Shown one piece after another: positions 24,815 to 33,782 of a stretch of DNA of 40,444 nucleotides. Below the pieces are notes generated by a model. That model was not told the origin of the DNA. It did no database searches and saw only the letters and a program-made list of their open reading frames with translations. Both the position numbers and the translations under genes were made by a program. The stretch is taken from UHGV virus genome UHGV-1410056; one strand, given 5' to 3'. How positions within the stretch are numbered: position 1 is the stretch's first letter; each line of letters opens with the position of its first letter. The DNA comes from a virus.

Positions 24815-27328
24815 ATGCCAGTTGTACCAACAACATCGGGCCGTCAGGTTCAGAGCAGAGGGATTTCGACGCAGGGATTCTCATCGTTTCAGACACCAAA
24901 TGTCGGTGATGTACTTGGCGATGTTGCAGAGCAATATGCAGGTATTATTGCGCAGGCAAAACAGCGTGCGAATGTTGCTATGGCTCAGGATGCTTCTCTT
25001 AGCTTAAGCCAGATAAGCAGCGATCTGCTGAATAACCCTGAAACAGGTTTGCTTAACCTGAAAGGGAAAAATGCTATTGGAAAAGGTCAGGAGTATACGC
25101 AGCAGTTTGATGCTCAGGTCGAACAACTGGCTATGTCGCTGCCGGATGAACAGGCTCGTAATGCTTTCATGCAGCAGGCGCAGCAGCAGCGCATTCAGTT
25201 CACTACGCAGGCCGGGCGGCACGAGATAGGGCAAATAAATGCCTACGAAGAAGGCCAGTTTCAGGCTACGCTGCTGAACAATGGTAAAAATGCCGCAGCA
25301 TTGTATGGCGACAACGCCGCATACGTATTGGCTAATAAGCAAACTTTCCAGCAAATTGAGGATTACGGCATTGCACATGGCTGGAGTGACGAGCAAATCC
25401 AGGCCAAGAAAATCGAGTTTAAAGAAGCAACAGCAAAAGCAACTGCTCAAAATGCTATTGGAGCAAACTATCTTCAGGTAAGACAGCAAAACGGCGAGTT
25501 AAGCGATACTGCTGCTGGTTCTCGCCGTGCTGTAGCAGATAGTGGCTCTTCCGATCGTACCCGCGGTATACGCAACAATAACCCCGGCAATCTTGAATAC
25601 AGCAAAACTAATCCGTGGGTTGGGCAGACTGGTGATGATGGTCGCTTTGCCAAATTCGAAACCCCTGAACACGGTATTCGTGCATTAGGGCGGAACCTGA
25701 TGTCGTATCAGCGGCAGGGTATTGATACCGTCAGCGAGATAATTAATCGCTGGGCACCGCCTACTGATAAAAATGACACTATGTCGTATATCAAAGCAGT
25801 GTGCGAACAACTTGGCGTTTCTGCTGATGAGCCTCTCGATGCATCAAATCCTGATACCCTGAAGGCGCTTTGTGCAGCCATTATCCATCATGAAAACGGT
25901 AGCCAGCCATACAGTGATCAGCAGTTAACTGCAGGTGTTAGTGCTGCGCTGGGGCTTTCTCAGCTACCGACAAAAAATAAACGTTATACCGGTGTAGCCT
26001 GGTTCGATGCTTTAAGTGAATCAGATCAGGCCAGCGTGTTGCGACAGACTGATGCACTAGCCAGACAACAGCAGGCTGAATATAAAACGATGCTCGACAG
26101 CCGGGTTCGCGATGCGACGGCTGCGTATATGCGTGGCATTGAATTTCCTAACCCACCTGGTGAGGATGATTTTATTGCAGCTTATGGAGTCAGAGAAGGA
26201 AACCTGCGATATACCGAGTTTAAGAATACGCAGATCGCCGGACAGTATATAGGCTCTTTCCGCAACATGCCGACAAGCAGCATTACAGCATATGTTGAGC
26301 AATTACGCCCGGATACTGGTGATACAGGGGAGGGGTATGCGGCACGCGCAACTCTTTATGACAACGTTGTTTCGGCTGCAAATCAGGTGATAAAGCAGCG
26401 GCAGTCGGATCCTGTGCAGTTCTCTCTTGCCTCCGGACAGGCAAAGCCTATCGACATGAGCAATAAGGATAACTTTGGACAGAGCGTTGCCTTGCGTGCC
26501 GCTCAGGTCAGTGACCTTGCTAAGTCATATGGCACTCCACTGACGTTCTTTTCCAAATACGAGGCCAATCAGATCGGTGTTTTCTTTCGTGATGCTCCAG
26601 TTTCCCAACAGGCAGCATATCTCGATACCATCAGGCAGAGCACTGGTGGTGGGCAGGTGTATATGTCAGCACTACAGCAGATCAGTGCCAACGCTCCATC
26701 TGCTGCCGTTGCCGGGATACTGATGGATAAGCCTGGTGGTATTTTGGCAGAAAAAAACTGGTTTAATCCGGATGTTTCCGTGTCTCCTGAAACCGCTGCG
26801 CAGACAATTCTTGCTGGCGCGGCGGCTCGTAAAGGTACTGATGATGCGAAAGGTATTCCGATGCCTAAAGATGCTGATCTTCGCCTTGAGTTTTCTGACA
26901 TGGTGAAGGATGCATTTGCTGGTGACGCTCAGGGCGCATCAATGGCATACGAGATCGCAAAGGATTATTACGCTGGTGTGATGGCGAAAAAAGGCGTGGT
27001 ATCAGGCGAAATTGACAATGATGTCTGGAAACAGGCTGTTAACGTAGCTACAGGTGGCGTGCATGACTATAACGGAATGGGGAATGTCCTTTTGCCGTGG
27101 GGAATGTCTGCAGAGCAATTCGATAAGCAGGTTAATCAGGCTTGGAATGAACAAGTTGTCGGCTCCGGGATAAAAACACCGCCTGGTCAGTATGGTTTGC
27201 AAAGTTACGGCGATAGTCAGTACCTGGTGAAACTTGGTACTGGTTATCTGCTGAAAGATGATGGTTCTCCCGTTGTTCTTAATCTGACACAGAAGCGTCA
27301 GAGATTCTCCGGAGATATTCCGCAATGA
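24815..27328 (+). CDS. Internal virion / ejection protein with conserved RNNNPGN-containing domain
   Basis: 837 aa; segment RGIRNNNPGNLEY ... FAKFETPEHGIRALGRNL ... IINRWAP; possible cell-wall-acting domain (inference). Confidence 0.45.
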   Translation: MPVVPTTSGRQVQSRGISTQGFSSFQTPNVGDVLGDVAEQYAGIIAQAKQRANVAMAQDASLSLSQISSDLLNNPETGLLNLKGKNAIGKGQEYTQQFDAQVEQLAMSLPDEQARNAFMQQAQQQRIQFTTQAGRHEIGQINAYEEGQFQATLLNNGKNAAALYGDNAAYVLANKQTFQQIEDYGIAHGWSDEQIQAKKIEFKEATAKATAQNAIGANYLQVRQQNGELSDTAAGSRRAVADSGSSDRTRGIRNNNPGNLEYSKTNPWVGQTGDDGRFAKFETPEHGIRALGRNLMSYQRQGIDTVSEIINRWAPPTDKNDTMSYIKAVCEQLGVSADEPLDASNPDTLKALCAAIIHHENGSQPYSDQQLTAGVSAALGLSQLPTKNKRYTGVAWFDALSESDQASVLRQTDALARQQQAEYKTMLDSRVRDATAAYMRGIEFPNPPGEDDFIAAYGVREGNLRYTEFKNTQIAGQYIGSFRNMPTSSITAYVEQLRPDTGDTGEGYAARATLYDNVVSAANQVIKQRQSDPVQFSLASGQAKPIDMSNKDNFGQSVALRAAQVSDLAKSYGTPLTFFSKYEANQIGVFFRDAPVSQQAAYLDTIRQSTGGGQVYMSALQQISANAPSAAVAGILMDKPGGILAEKNWFNPDVSVSPETAAQTILAGAAARKGTDDAKGIPMPKDADLRLEFSDMVKDAFAGDAQGASMAYEIAKDYYAGVMAKKGVVSGEIDNDVWKQAVNVATGGVHDYNGMGNVLLPWGMSAEQFDKQVNQAWNEQVVGSGIKTPPGQYGLQSYGDSQYLVKLGTGYLLKDDGSPVVLNLTQKRQRFSGDIPQ

Positions 27329-29127
27329 GTTACTTTGGCCTTAATCCAGTAAACCAGAATCAGCAGCTTGACGAAGCAGCATCAAATCCAGCTGGCTTTA
27401 ACAGCGATGTTGGTTTTTTCGACAATGCTGTAGGAGCGGCATTGTCTGGTTTGTACTCCGGGCTGGTGGCAAAGCCAGATCAGTTGCTATGGGCAGGGAT
27501 GGATAAAATCGTATCCCCGATTGCTCAGTTTGTTAACGAAAACACCTCGATCAATGACACTTCAGTTTCATACATTGCTGAGCAGAGAAAACTAGCAGAG
27601 CAGCAGGTTAAGCGGCTGACGCCTGATGCCGCGACAACCGGAACCGCCGGGCAGGTCCTTTATGGGTTGTTCGATATGGGCGGGCAGGCTGTTGTCGGTA
27701 CAACGCTCGGTGGTCCGGTCGGAGGTGCTGCGGCGGTAACTTCTCTACAGGGTTTTTCTGAGTTTGAACGGCTTACAGCACAGGGTGTTGATTTCAGGAC
27801 GGCGCAGGAAGCGGGATTAGTGCAGGGTATTACTGCTGGTGCCGGAACACTGATCCCTATGAGCCTCGGGTTACGTGCTGGTGGTGCGCTGGCGGAAGGT
27901 GTGGCGGCTCAGCTTGCGCGGACGGGTGAAAGTTCAGTGCGACGCGCCGCAGCAACAGCAGTACGTGCAACGCCAGATATTGCCTATGCCGCAGGTACAA
28001 ATATTGCGTTCGGTATGGCACAGCGTGGGCTTACTGCAAAAACGCTTCGTGATGGTGGCTATAGCGAAATGGCTAACCAGTATGATGTGTTGGATCGACA
28101 GGCAATTGCTATTGATGCTGTTCTTGGGGTGGCGTTTGGTGGTGTCGGCAGATTTATTAACTCTCGCGGCGAGTCTACAAGCGCACCAAATTTTTCACCA
28201 GTTGATATCGATGCTGCACTGGCGGCGAATGCCGCTCATCATGCTGAAATTGATATTGCTCCCGGCGTGCCGATCAACGTGCTTTCGCGTAATTCGCACA
28301 TTCAGGCTCTGCGAAAAGCCATGTCTGATGTTAGCCAGGGGAGACCTGTAGACGTTGCCAGCATTGTTGAGTCTGCATCTTTCAGTGAAATTCCTGGACG
28401 CAAGAGTCTGCTGTCTCAGGCAGTTAATGAGGCTCTGTCATCTGTAGATGATGGAGTAACGGCGCGCGCTATAGAAAATCGGTTGCTTGAAGAACAGGCC
28501 GCGCAGCTTTTGCCGCGTGGCGATAGACAGGTTTACCAGTCTGAAATCGCTAATAGCCAACGAATTATTGAAAATCTCACTGAACAGCGCGCACAAATTC
28601 TTGCAGAAGATCCAGCCGGTAGCGGTAAAGCTTTGTCTCGTGCTCGATCAGATAAACAGGCCAGACTTCGGGATATTGACCAACGAATCCGGCAGGCACA
28701 AGAACGCCTGGAATTTTCCCGTAACGCGTTGGCACCGCATGAGCCTGGCGGTCAGTTTTTTGAAGCTCGAGCAGAACTGGCTCGGAGACAGCAGGCAGAA
28801 AGTGAACTTAATGCTCAGGCTGTTTCATTCTATAAAACAGCAGAGGTCAGGACGCCAGACGAAGTAGCTCCTTTTGATCCCGGTAAGATATTGCAACAGA
28901 CAGAACAAAAAATGATGGCAGATCCGGCAGGAGATATTGATCTGCGTATAGCTGAAGACTCGCTGCTTGAATATCCGGACATGATAATCACCGTGCTGGA
29001 TGATGATGGTAATCCACAATCGCGCAGCGCGCGTGAAGTACTGGATGAAGCGAACAGGGAAAGTGAGCAGGCAATACAGGATTCCAGCCTGTTTGATGTC
29101 GCTGTGGCGTGTTTCTTGAGAGGTTAA
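27325..29127 (+). CDS. Internal virion / ejection protein
   Basis: 600 aa; Gly/Ala-rich N-terminal half; ATGA overlap with upstream gene. Confidence 0.45.
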   Translation: MSYFGLNPVNQNQQLDEAASNPAGFNSDVGFFDNAVGAALSGLYSGLVAKPDQLLWAGMDKIVSPIAQFVNENTSINDTSVSYIAEQRKLAEQQVKRLTPDAATTGTAGQVLYGLFDMGGQAVVGTTLGGPVGGAAAVTSLQGFSEFERLTAQGVDFRTAQEAGLVQGITAGAGTLIPMSLGLRAGGALAEGVAAQLARTGESSVRRAAATAVRATPDIAYAAGTNIAFGMAQRGLTAKTLRDGGYSEMANQYDVLDRQAIAIDAVLGVAFGGVGRFINSRGESTSAPNFSPVDIDAALAANAAHHAEIDIAPGVPINVLSRNSHIQALRKAMSDVSQGRPVDVASIVESASFSEIPGRKSLLSQAVNEALSSVDDGVTARAIENRLLEEQAAQLLPRGDRQVYQSEIANSQRIIENLTEQRAQILAEDPAGSGKALSRARSDKQARLRDIDQRIRQAQERLEFSRNALAPHEPGGQFFEARAELARRQQAESELNAQAVSFYKTAEVRTPDEVAPFDPGKILQQTEQKMMADPAGDIDLRIAEDSLLEYPDMIITVLDDDGNPQSRSAREVLDEANRESEQAIQDSSLFDVAVACFLRG

Positions 29128-29132
29128 ATTAA

Positions 29133-31607
29133 ATGAGACAGGAATGTATACAAGCGGTCCAGCAGGCGGCGCAGCGCACGTTAACGGCGCGAGAAATACA
29201 GAACATTGAAGACCGCATTTATCGAAATATGCGCTCCATTGCTCGTGATGACCCGATGTCGTGGAGACAACTTTCCGAATCAGAGCGGCTATATCGAGCA
29301 GCACAATTGGCATCTGAAGAATTACAGCGAGAAGCGGCATTAAAGAAACGTCGTGTGACTCTCACTATAGCCGCGCGTCAGAGATTGGATAAATTTATCA
29401 ATAGCTATCAAGGGGCTGATGGGAAACTTGGCGCTCTTAACCGTACTATAGCTTTTAATGCAGACGGTAAATCTAATTTCCTCTCTGTTGAATCCAGAAC
29501 AAAAGCCACCCGTGATTATGCATTGAGTCAATTGCAGGAGGCATTCGAAGCAGTTGATCCTCGCTTTTTTGGTCTGTTTGAAGATGAAGCGGGCGTACGT
29601 GACCTGGTATATGAAATGCGGGGGCAAAATACTGGCAATGCTAAAGCAAGAAACGGTGCTAAGGCGTGGAGAGAAGTTACAGAGCTGCTGCGCCGCCGGT
29701 TTAATGATGCTGGTGGGGACATTGGCTATCTCGAAAACTGGGGGATCCCTCAACATCATTCTATGGAAAAGGTTGGGGCAGTATCAAAGGATAAGTGGGT
29801 TAGCGATGTTATAGGTAAGCTGGATCGCAAATATTATATCCGAGCCGATGGACAACTGATGAACGATGCCGAGTTGTCTTCATTTCTTGGAGAGGCTTAT
29901 AACACGATCGCTACTGGTGGGCTGAATAAGCTTACTGATACCGGAATGCGAATTTCCGGCGCACGTGCTAACCGTGGTAATGCATCACGACAGATACATT
30001 TCAAAGATGCAGATTCCTATCTGCAATATCAGCAACTTTATGGCGATCGCTCTCTATGGGAAATCATGGTCGGTCACCTGGAAGGTATCAGTAAAGATAT
30101 TGCACTGGTGGAAACATATGGCCCAAACCCCGATCATGTTTTCCGCTCTCTTCTTGATCAGGTGAAGGCAGAAACGGCAACAGCTAACCAGAGTAAAACC
30201 GGTAAAGTCGAGCGGCTGGCGAACAACACAGAGAATCTGTACAACTTTATTTCCGGAAAGACACAGCCTGTAGCGAATCCGCACATCGCGCGATGGTCTG
30301 ACAATATCCGCAACTGGCTGGTTGCCAGCAGACTCGGATCCGCGTTGCTGTCATCGTTCTCTGATCTTGGAACCATGTATCTGTCTGCGAAGGTTACCAA
30401 CCTTCCAATGAACCAGTTATTCCGCAACCAGCTTGAAGCTATGGACCCAACGAACCGTACAGAACTTGCGCGGGCGCGCCGCGCTGGTCTGGCGATGGAA
30501 TCTCTACTTGGCAGCGTTAACCGCTGGGCGATGGATAATATGGGGCCGTCAGTGTCTCGTTGGGCGGCAACGGCGGTAATGCGTGCCAGTGGGCTTACAG
30601 CATGGTCAGATGCGCACAAGCGCGCCTATGGCGTAACCATGATGGGAAGCCTGGGAGAAGTAGTGTCACGTACACCAGACCTTCGTAGCCTCGATGACTC
30701 TGATTTTCGTATCCTGAAAAGCAAAGGGATTACTGACACAGACTGGAGCGTATGGAAGCTGGCGAAACAGGAGGACTGGGGGAACGGTAATAATACGATG
30801 CTGACACCGGAAAGCATTATGCGTATCCCTGATTCAGCAGTTAAACATCTTGGTGAGCCTGAACGCGTGAAATTTGAGGCAATGCGTAAACTGCTCGGTG
30901 CCGTAACTGAAGAAGTTGATATGGCTGTTATTACACCGGGAGCACGTGAGCAACTGATAACCGGTTCTGGTATTCAGCGTGGAACATGGAAAGGTGAATT
31001 AACGAGAAGTGTTTTCCTGTTTAAATCGTTCCCTATCTCGGTGGTTATGCGTCACTGGTCACGCGCTATGGGTATGCCGTCTGCTGGTGGGCGTGCGGCA
31101 TATATTGCGACGTTTATTGCCAGTACGACCATTCTTGGCGCTTTGTCGCAGCAACTTAACGACCTTGCGTCTGGTCGTAATCCTCGCGAGATGACAGGAG
31201 AAGATGCTGCTAAATTTTGGCTTGGTGCTCTACTGAAAGGTGGTGGTCTTGGCCTTTACGGTGACTTTTTATTGTCAGATCACACTAGGTACGGAAGCGG
31301 CGCGCTGGCGTCGATGCTTGGCCCGGTAGCTGGTCTGGTTGATGACGTAGTGAAGATTGCTCAGGGCATACCGTTAAATGCTGTGGAAGGGAAGAGTGAG
31401 CAGACTGGTGGTGATCTGGTTAAGCTGGGGAAAGGTCTGATGCCAGGTGCGAATCTCTGGTACTTGAAGGCGGCTCTCGATCACATGATCTTTAACCAGA
31501 TGCAGGAGTATTTTTCACCAGGTTATTTGCGTAAAATGGAGCAACGTTCGAAGAAAGAGTTTAACCAGACATACTGGTGGCGACCACAGGATGTCACTCC
31601 GCAATAA
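29133..31607 (+). CDS. Large internal virion / ejection protein
   Basis: 824 aa; last gene of the virion block before the accessory island. Confidence 0.45.
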   Translation: MRQECIQAVQQAAQRTLTAREIQNIEDRIYRNMRSIARDDPMSWRQLSESERLYRAAQLASEELQREAALKKRRVTLTIAARQRLDKFINSYQGADGKLGALNRTIAFNADGKSNFLSVESRTKATRDYALSQLQEAFEAVDPRFFGLFEDEAGVRDLVYEMRGQNTGNAKARNGAKAWREVTELLRRRFNDAGGDIGYLENWGIPQHHSMEKVGAVSKDKWVSDVIGKLDRKYYIRADGQLMNDAELSSFLGEAYNTIATGGLNKLTDTGMRISGARANRGNASRQIHFKDADSYLQYQQLYGDRSLWEIMVGHLEGISKDIALVETYGPNPDHVFRSLLDQVKAETATANQSKTGKVERLANNTENLYNFISGKTQPVANPHIARWSDNIRNWLVASRLGSALLSSFSDLGTMYLSAKVTNLPMNQLFRNQLEAMDPTNRTELARARRAGLAMESLLGSVNRWAMDNMGPSVSRWAATAVMRASGLTAWSDAHKRAYGVTMMGSLGEVVSRTPDLRSLDDSDFRILKSKGITDTDWSVWKLAKQEDWGNGNNTMLTPESIMRIPDSAVKHLGEPERVKFEAMRKLLGAVTEEVDMAVITPGAREQLITGSGIQRGTWKGELTRSVFLFKSFPISVVMRHWSRAMGMPSAGGRAAYIATFIASTTILGALSQQLNDLASGRNPREMTGEDAAKFWLGALLKGGGLGLYGDFLLSDHTRYGSGALASMLGPVAGLVDDVVKIAQGIPLNAVEGKSEQTGGDLVKLGKGLMPGANLWYLKAALDHMIFNQMQEYFSPGYLRKMEQRSKKEFNQTYWWRPQDVTPQ

Positions 31608-31616
31608 GGATGAGAA

Positions 31617-31757
31617 ATGATTGCTTTTATTCTTGTTGTGTTTGCGCTTGTTGCACTTGGCGTTATGAACCGTAAATGTATCATTGACGATGGCGAATTT
31701 GCTGTTGCAGTTATTATGATATTATCTGGTGTAGCAGGGTACATAGGCTTGTCATAA
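31617..31757 (+). CDS. Small membrane protein (46 aa, MIAFILVVFALVALGVMNRKCIIDDGEFAVAVIMILSGVAGYIGLS)
   Basis: Not in the ORF track; ATG 31617 with AAGGATGAG SD 9 nt after the upstream stop; two hydrophobic segments. Confidence 0.45.
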   Translation: MIAFILVVFALVALGVMNRKCIIDDGEFAVAVIMILSGVAGYIGLS

Positions 31758-31764
31758 CGTGAGC

Positions 31765-31776
31765 GTGACATGTCAC
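31765..31776. promoter_or_regulatory. Perfect 12-bp palindrome GTGACATGTCAC
   Basis: Identical to 12262-12273; immediately followed by terminator 31777-31801. Confidence 0.45.
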
Positions 31777-31801
31777 AGGCCGCTTTCGCGGCCTTGTTTT
31801 T
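31777..31801 (+). terminator. Rho-independent terminator ending the virion operon
   Basis: Stem AGGCCGC / GCGGCCT with loop TTTC, followed by TGTTTTT. Confidence 0.7.
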
Positions 31802-31961
31802 AACGAATGCCACCGCCGCCCGGACGGGAGTCCGCAGAACGCCCACCGCAGCGGGAGCCGTCAGCAGCAGTGTCGCTGTCGTGCTGACAACGACCGGCAA
31901 AGGCCTGAGTTGAAGCTACCAGAGACAACAAAACGAACAGTGCAGCAAATGCTTTTTTCAT
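31800..31961 (-). CDS. Small secreted Cys-containing peptide (53-aa precursor; predicted signal peptide MKKAFAALFVLLSLVASTQAFA)
   Basis: Start ATG 31961 chosen inside track ORF 31800..32033; canonical signal peptide with AFA-G cleavage site; candidate promoter TTGACG-17-TATAGA upstream; weak SD. Confidence 0.45.
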   Translation of the reverse strand: MKKAFAALFVLLSLVASTQAFAGRCQHDSDTAADGSRCGGRSADSRPGGGGIR

Positions 31962-32032
31962 TGTGAAATTTCCATCTATAAGCCACCTCAATGTGGCGTC
32001 AATGAGTGTAGCACTGACTTTTGTTTCGTCCA

Positions 32033-32055
32033 CAAAAAAGCCCGCAGCGCGGGCT
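32033..32055 (-). terminator. Rho-independent terminator (minus strand) after the AT-rich two-gene cassette
   Basis: Stem AGCCCGC (32039-32045) / GCGGGCT (32049-32055), A6 on plus (T6 on minus); stem overlaps the stop codon at 32054-32056. Confidence 0.6.
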
Positions 32056-32494
32056 ATTCTTCTTCATCATTAAAAAGCGGATTGTTGTTTCCATCTGATG
32101 AAAGGAAAGGTATGTGTTCTCTTGAAAATCCAACAATGACAATTTCATTATCATTTTTTGCATAATGAATGCATTCATTAGAATGCCTTCCGCCAGGGTT
32201 GAAATTTAAGTTAATGGTATAATTCTTAAATGTGTTTGGATACCATGTTGGCCCACAATGATAATGCCAATAATTCTCTTGCTCATAATTGTCTGAGCCG
32301 GGAATTTTATCATGGTTATCATCAACCCACGAGGGCTTGTTTTTTCCAACAAGCGCCCTTCCATTGGCAACATCCTCTAAAAAACTTTGTATGATTTTTA
32401 TTTCATCATCAGTAAGGAAAGGTCCGTCTACAGCGAAAGGGGTGTTGCTTTCCCCATGTAGAAAACTATTAGATATTCTAATGTTAAACTTCAA
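32054..32494 (-). CDS. AT-rich hypothetical protein (146 aa, TTG start), unknown function; second gene of a two-gene cassette
   Basis: Track ORF 32054..32635 has no internal Met and its N-terminal 47 codons overlap the upstream small gene; TTG at 32494 preceded by AGGAG (6-nt spacer); His/Cys-rich segments (HYHCGPTW, GRHSNECIHY); markedly lower GC than surroundings. Confidence 0.45.
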   Translation of the reverse strand: MKFNIRISNSFLHGESNTPFAVDGPFLTDDEIKIIQSFLEDVANGRALVGKNKPSWVDDNHDKIPGSDNYEQENYWHYHCGPTWYPNTFKNYTINLNFNPGGRHSNECIHYAKNDNEIVIVGFSREHIPFLSSDGNNNPLFNDEEE

Positions 32495-32514
32495 GGAAAA
32501 CTCCTGATGTGCTT

Positions 32515-32682
32515 CTATTTGGAGCGAAATGCCGCCTTGAAGTCGCTGAAAGATGTTCCTGTCTGGTAAACCATATCCTTGTCGCGCTCTTTGCTTGCGC
32601 GGCCAAGCATAACTTTTCCAATGACATCCCAGCATTGCTTGGCTTGTTCATTGTGCTGAGTACGATTTTTCAACGCTGTCAT
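32515..32682 (-). CDS. Small hypothetical protein (55 aa, MTALKNRTQHNEQAKQCWDVIGKVMLGRASKERDKDMVYQTGTSFSDFKAAFRSK); first gene of the two-gene cassette
   Basis: Not in the ORF track; ATG 32682 with AGGAGG 6 nt upstream; operator 32695-32709 immediately upstream. Confidence 0.5.
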   Translation of the reverse strand: MTALKNRTQHNEQAKQCWDVIGKVMLGRASKERDKDMVYQTGTSFSDFKAAFRSK

Positions 32683-32694
32683 ATCGCGCCTCCT

Positions 32695-32709
32695 TTACCT
32701 TTAAGGTAA
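32695..32709. promoter_or_regulatory. Perfect TTACC-tttaa-GGTAA operator upstream of the two-gene cassette
   Basis: Lies 13 bp upstream of the start codon of the 55-aa gene. Confidence 0.5.
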
Positions 32710-32781
32710 TAGTACGCTATTCACCCACAGTCTGCAATCTGTACAGAATTATTTAAAGGCACATCCCTGTGCCACCGCCCG

Positions 32782-33492
32782 TCAGAAGAACCCTGCCTTG
32801 TCGTTGATGTATTCCGCGTGGGTCTGGATATCACGCAGGCATTTGCTCACACCGACGATGTAGCAGAACATGGTGGTCAGCTCCGCCGCCGCGCCCGATA
32901 CGTCGTGCCCGTCGTCCTGTAACTGGTTCAGCAGATTCATCAGCAGTGAGTTCTCCGTCAGGCCGAGAACACCAGACGGCGAATTAATCAGGCTGCGGTA
33001 GCCGGGCTTCAGTGGGGCGCTGTAGGTTTTGTTCTCTATCTTCATCGCCTGCATTACTGCTGACGCCGTGGCGTTGGCTACCTGGTCGGCAACCATCTTT
33101 ATGCGTTCTTCCTGCGGGAGCGAGTTTTTAATGTAGCTTCCGGTGCGGCGGATCTGAGGAAGAACCTCACCCGTAACCCATTTACGAAAGCGGTAGGGGA
33201 TAGTGCCTGGTGTCACTGCGTCGCGGCAGCGGAGGATCAGTGTGTAGAGGCCTGACTCGGAGATGATGTTGATCTCTTTTACTCGGCTGTCAAAAATTGC
33301 ACGATGTTCATGCCCTATGTTGAACATAGACCTTTCATCATCATCCAGTTTTTCAAGTGCTTGGGTGACGTTTTGGATACGCAGCGCACTACAAACGTCT
33401 TGGGCTACAAACCATGGTTGGCCATCGATAATGATGGAACGGATAGGGTTAACAGATTCAAATTTGAAGATGGAAGTTTGAGCATTAGCCAT
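32782..33492 (-). CDS. Antirepressor (Bro-N / AntA-type N-terminal domain plus C-terminal domain)
   Basis: About 236 aa from ATG 33492; N-terminal Bro-N-like region (FKFESVNPIRSIIIDGQPWFVAQDVCSAL); C-terminal 80 aa paralogous to the LexA-box gene at 34641-34898. Confidence 0.7.
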   Translation of the reverse strand: MANAQTSIFKFESVNPIRSIIIDGQPWFVAQDVCSALRIQNVTQALEKLDDDERSMFNIGHEHRAIFDSRVKEINIISESGLYTLILRCRDAVTPGTIPYRFRKWVTGEVLPQIRRTGSYIKNSLPQEERIKMVADQVANATASAVMQAMKIENKTYSAPLKPGYRSLINSPSGVLGLTENSLLMNLLNQLQDDGHDVSGAAAELTTMFCYIVGVSKCLRDIQTHAEYINDKAGFF

Positions 33493-33510
33493 GGTGGTTA
33501 TCTCCACTTA

Positions 33511-33524
33511 GTGATTTTAATCAC
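33511..33524. promoter_or_regulatory. 14-bp palindrome GTGATTTTAATCAC just upstream of the antirepressor start
   Basis: Perfect inverted repeat GTGATT/AATCAC 19 bp upstream of ATG 33492. Confidence 0.35.
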
Positions 33525-33648
33525 CACCGCAACGCCAATTACTGGTGGTGAACTGGACAAGGTTGGCGTACCGGCCTAAGTGGTACCGGCGTCCTTTCGG
33601 ACCCCTGCCCAGCCCACCATAATTCGGATATAGCTGTGCTTAACGCAT

Positions 33649-33782
33649 AAAAAAACCACGTCTGGCGTGGTATGCGCCACTTAGTAACCCGGGACGCCAA
33701 TCCCGGCACTGGATTTTGCCAGTGCCCGATTACTATGGCACAAGAGGAGTGCGATGTAAATTTACCGCAAAGGTAATGATAA
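33649..33782 (-). ncRNA. Candidate small RNA or attenuated leader (about 120 nt) upstream of the antirepressor gene
   Basis: Reverse-strand promoter TTGATT (plus 33800-33805) - 17 bp - TATCAT (plus 33777-33782), overlapped by operator 33762-33776; transcript contains hairpins (GGCACTGG/CCAGTGCC; CCGGGA/TCCCGG) and ends at intrinsic terminator CCACG-N5-CGTGG + T7 (plus 33649-33670); no credible ORF. Confidence 0.4.

Noticed and set aside
25004-25489. 161-aa minus-strand ORF inside the 837-aa virion protein gene
   Set aside because: Antisense shadow ORF; no start context
32495-32635. N-terminal extension of track ORF 32054..32635
   Set aside because: Overlaps the better-supported 55-aa gene in another frame, has Trp/Arg-rich junk composition, and the whole ORF has no internal Met; TTG at 32494 with an AGGAG SD is a better start
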